This document shows, piece by piece, positions 61,222 through 64,000 of a DNA stretch of 64,000 nt. A program made the position numbers and the translations under genes. Positions within the stretch are counted from its first letter, which is position 1; each line of letters opens with the position of its first letter. The stretch is from the NCBI GenBank assembly GCA_041394245.1, contig JAWKIR010000002.1:1412305-1476304 (forward strand), in the 5' to 3' direction. Origin of the DNA: Acidimicrobiales bacterium. Its GTDB lineage: Bacteria; Actinomycetota; Acidimicrobiia; Acidimicrobiales; Aldehydirespiratoraceae. The notes below the pieces were generated by a model that did no database searches, was not told the DNA's origin, and saw only the letters and a program-made list of their open reading frames with translations.

Positions 61222-63276
61222 ATGGCCTCCGCCCTTCGACTCGCGCGCCGGACCCCGCTCCTCTTCAGGTTCGGTGTCGTCTCGCTGGTCGTGGTCGTCG
61301 GCATCGGGCTCGGACTCGGTGTCGTCTTGTCGGGAACCGTCCGCGACCGGGCCATCGCCGACGCCGCCAGAACCGGCGAGGTCGCCGCGAACGTCGGGGT
61401 ACGTCCCTTCCTGGAACCCGAGGACCTGACGCGTGACTTCCGACCGCTCCCCGACGAACGTCTCGCCGCGCTGGACGAGTCGCTGGGATCGAGCCTCTCA
61501 CCCGGCGGGATCGTCCGCCTCAAGGTGTGGAACCGCCAGCACTGGGTCGTCTACTCCGACAACACCGCACTTCGGACCCGTTGGTTCGCCGGCGCCGAGA
61601 CGTTGGAACAAGCGTTCGCCGGGGAGATCACCTCGGAGATCACCGACCTCAGCGCCCCGGAGGAACGCGAGGAACGCGAGTTCGGCGAACTCCTCGCCGT
61701 GTACATCCCACTGCGGGTCGGTGCCGACGGCGAGTTCTCCGCCGACGAGACGGGCGAGGTCGTGGGCGCGTTCGAGATCTACCTGCCGTTCGCGCCGATC
61801 GCCGCCGCGATCCGGGCCGACACCAACCGCCTGTGGGCGGTGCTCACCATCGGTCTCGCGTTGCTGTATCTCTCCGTGTTCCGGATGGTGGCGAGCGCGT
61901 CGCGGCGGCTGAAGGAGCAGGCCGAGGAGAACCTCCATCTGGCGTCACACGACTCGCTCACGGGGCTGATGAACCGCGACGCGTTCGTCGCCCACCTCGC
62001 GACCCGAGCCACCCGCCTGCCCCGCCCCACCGGGTCCCGCGGCCTGGCGACAGCGGATCGCGACCTCCTGCTGCTCTGTGACCTCGACGGGTTCCAGACG
62101 ATCAACGACACCCTCGGCCACGATCGCGGCGATCGGCTGCTGCGCATCGTCGGGGAACGGATCGCGACCGACCTCCGGCCCGACGACGTCGTCGCCCGGA
62201 TGGGGGGCGACGAGTACGCCGTGCTGCTGCACGATCTCGGCGACGATCAGGTCGATTCACTGGTCGCGAGGCTCCTCGAGCGCATCGAGGAGCCGGTCGA
62301 GCTCGACGGACTCACGCTGGAGGTGCGGGCGACGTTCGGCGCGGTGCGCCTCGACGACGCGGCGACCGACGGCGAGCGGCTGCTGCAACAGGCCGACATC
62401 GCGATGTACGCCGCGAAGTCGCGACACAGCCGGCTGGAGTTCTTCCGCAACGAGCTCGACAACTACTCGAGCGACGCGCTCGCGCTGGCCTCGGAGATCC
62501 GGGTCGGGATCGGCGACGAGCAGTTCATCCTGCACTATCAGCCGAAGCTCGACCTCGCCTCCCGGGCGATCATCGGCGCCGAGGCGCTCGTGCGGTGGAA
62601 CCATCCGACTCGCGGGTTCGTCCCGCCGGGCGACTTCATCGGAACGGTCGAGCAGCTCCCGATCGGGCGACTGCTCACCGACCACGTGCTCACGATGGCG
62701 GTCGCCGAGGCCACCCGTTGGCACACCGATGGAAGGGACCTGTCCGTGTCGGTGAACCTCTCGACGCGTGACATCGCCGACCCGACGCTGGCCGACTCGA
62801 TCGCCCGGTTGCTCGCCGACTCCGGGCTCCCGGCCGGTTCGCTCGTCCTCGAGCTCACCGAATCGACGCTCCTGGTCGACCTCGACCGGGCCCTCGAGAC
62901 GCTCGGGCGGTTGCGCTCGCTCGGCTGCGGTGTCGCGATCGACGACTTCGGCACCGGGTACGCGTCGTTGAGCTATCTGTCGGAGCTTCCACTGACCGAA
63001 TTGAAGATCGACCAGAGCTTCGTCACCGGGATCGAGCTCGAGCAACGATCCCGGGCGCTGGTGGAGCACTGCATCAGCATCGGCCACAGCCTGGGGCTGG
63101 CCGTGACCGCCGAGGGCATCGAGACCGAGCCGGTCCTCGAACTCCTCGCCGACATGGGCTGCGACACCGCACAGGGCTACTTCATCGCCCGGCCCATGCC
63201 CCGGGAGGAGTTCCTCGCCTTCACCGACGAGTTCTCGGCCACGACGTTCCTCCGGGAAGGAAACCCATCGACATGA
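61222..63276 (+). CDS. membrane sensor diguanylate cyclase/phosphodiesterase (2TM extracytoplasmic domain-GGDEF-EAL)
   Basis: Two TM helices flanking a domain of about 170 aa. RPDD I-site 5 aa before GGDEY. EAL domain with AEALVRW, ELTES, DDFGTGY. Confidence 0.85.
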   Translation: MASALRLARRTPLLFRFGVVSLVVVVGIGLGLGVVLSGTVRDRAIADAARTGEVAANVGVRPFLEPEDLTRDFRPLPDERLAALDESLGSSLSPGGIVRLKVWNRQHWVVYSDNTALRTRWFAGAETLEQAFAGEITSEITDLSAPEEREEREFGELLAVYIPLRVGADGEFSADETGEVVGAFEIYLPFAPIAAAIRADTNRLWAVLTIGLALLYLSVFRMVASASRRLKEQAEENLHLASHDSLTGLMNRDAFVAHLATRATRLPRPTGSRGLATADRDLLLLCDLDGFQTINDTLGHDRGDRLLRIVGERIATDLRPDDVVARMGGDEYAVLLHDLGDDQVDSLVARLLERIEEPVELDGLTLEVRATFGAVRLDDAATDGERLLQQADIAMYAAKSRHSRLEFFRNELDNYSSDALALASEIRVGIGDEQFILHYQPKLDLASRAIIGAEALVRWNHPTRGFVPPGDFIGTVEQLPIGRLLTDHVLTMAVAEATRWHTDGRDLSVSVNLSTRDIADPTLADSIARLLADSGLPAGSLVLELTESTLLVDLDRALETLGRLRSLGCGVAIDDFGTGYASLSYLSELPLTELKIDQSFVTGIELEQRSRALVEHCISIGHSLGLAVTAEGIETEPVLELLADMGCDTAQGYFIARPMPREEFLAFTDEFSATTFLREGNPST

Positions 63277-64000
63277 TCCGCACCAACATCCGCACCGGCC
63301 TCCTGTTCGTCGCCGTGCTGTTCGTCGGCGCCTGCGGCGACGCGCCGGCGAACGAGGACGCCGGCCCCGTCTTCGCGCTCGACCGGTCGGTCGCCGACGA
63401 GATCCAACCGGTCGATCCCGACCGAACCGCAGTGGCGTCGGCACCCGTCCTGCGCTCACTGCTCCAGGCCCAGCTCACCGAACACAGCGACTTGTCGATC
63501 CTCGCGATGCGCCAAGCGGTCGACGGGACCGTGGAACCGTCCACGGTCGACGCACTGACCGCCAACACCGACTCGCTCACGCTGTCGCTCGGGTTGGTGT
63601 ACGGCCCCGAGGGCGCGGCGGCCTTCGATCAGCTGTGGACGAACCACATCGAGTTCTTCAACGACTACGCGCGGGCGATCGGGGCGGGTCGCACCGCCGA
63701 AGCCGAGCGGGCGGTCGCCGACCTCGACCACTACGAATCGGACTTCTCGAGCTACGCCGATGTCGTCACCAGCGGCAACGCCGACTTCCACGCCGTCGTG
63801 CACGTGCTCCACGGGCACATCACACAGCTGCTCGAGCAGGCCGATGCGTGGGCGACGGGCGACTTCGAACGCTCGTACTCGCTGTCGGCCGACGCACATC
63901 GGCACATGGACGTGATCGCCGGCGCGCTGGCGACCGGCATCGCGCTCCAGCAACCCGACGCGTTCCCGGGCGCGGTCGACGACCCGATCGCCGTGCGATG
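63273..64000 (+). CDS. hypothetical lipoprotein (3' end lies outside the window)
   Basis: ATGA overlap with the GGDEF-EAL stop. My translation MIRTNIRTGLLFVAVLFVGACGD... stays open to the window edge. It is not in the ORF track because no stop is reached. Confidence 0.55.
   Translation, partial: MIRTNIRTGLLFVAVLFVGACGDAPANEDAGPVFALDRSVADEIQPVDPDRTAVASAPVLRSLLQAQLTEHSDLSILAMRQAVDGTVEPSTVDALTANTDSLTLSLGLVYGPEGAAAFDQLWTNHIEFFNDYARAIGAGRTAEAERAVADLDHYESDFSSYADVVTSGNADFHAVVHVLHGHITQLLEQADAWATGDFERSYSLSADAHRHMDVIAGALATGIALQQPDAFPGAVDDPIAVR

Noticed and set aside
1-64000. Mobile elements, prophage, defence systems, rRNA/tRNA genes, or a genomic-island boundary.
   Set aside because: I recognised no integrase, transposase, recombinase, phage structural gene, toxin-antitoxin or restriction gene, and no long terminal inverted or direct repeats. 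The only hints of past rearrangement are the TauD remnant and the half-length flippase-like gene.

Overview
High-GC (about 70% by eye), densely coding chromosomal DNA. The gene content suggests Actinomycetota: F420-type LLM and PPOX enzymes, an EthA-like BVMO, a SigF/UsfX-like pair, Thr/Pro-linker lipoproteins, many GTG/TTG starts and ATGA/GTGA stop-start overlaps. I support about 60 CDS and found no rRNA, tRNA, CRISPR array, transposase or integrase. Most long ORFs in the six-frame track are antisense or N-terminally over-extended high-GC artefacts.

Gene content in order:
- an oxygenase, AKR, PhnM-like and 2H-phosphoesterase cluster
- a TetR-controlled EthA-type BVMO operon, a second BVMO and a NitT/TauT-type ABC importer
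- F420 enzymes and a large secreted polysaccharide-lyase-like protein
- YceI-MarR
- a quinoprotein-like, RfbH-like, MFS and SDR cluster
- a stress island (32.3-44.8 kb)
- Ppx/GppA
- two D-aminoacylase paralogues bracketing ABC exporters, a GH10 xylanase and a DM13 protein
- a GGDEF-EAL protein coupled to a lipoprotein

Main finding: the stress island encodes a complete SigF/SigB-type partner-switching set (GAF-GAF-PP2C-kinase, STAS, UsfX-like anti-sigma, sigma factor). It also carries six intergenic GTTT-N15/16-GGGTA(C/T/G) promoter-like sites. These face a hemerythrin, an FMN reductase, a NuoF-like-AspA pair, a K/R-rich protein, the sigma operon itself and a Zn-ribbon-USP-eRF1-like (Rv2629/Balon-like) operon.

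Other points: one frameshifted gene, two gene remnants and several short tandem or inverted repeats.
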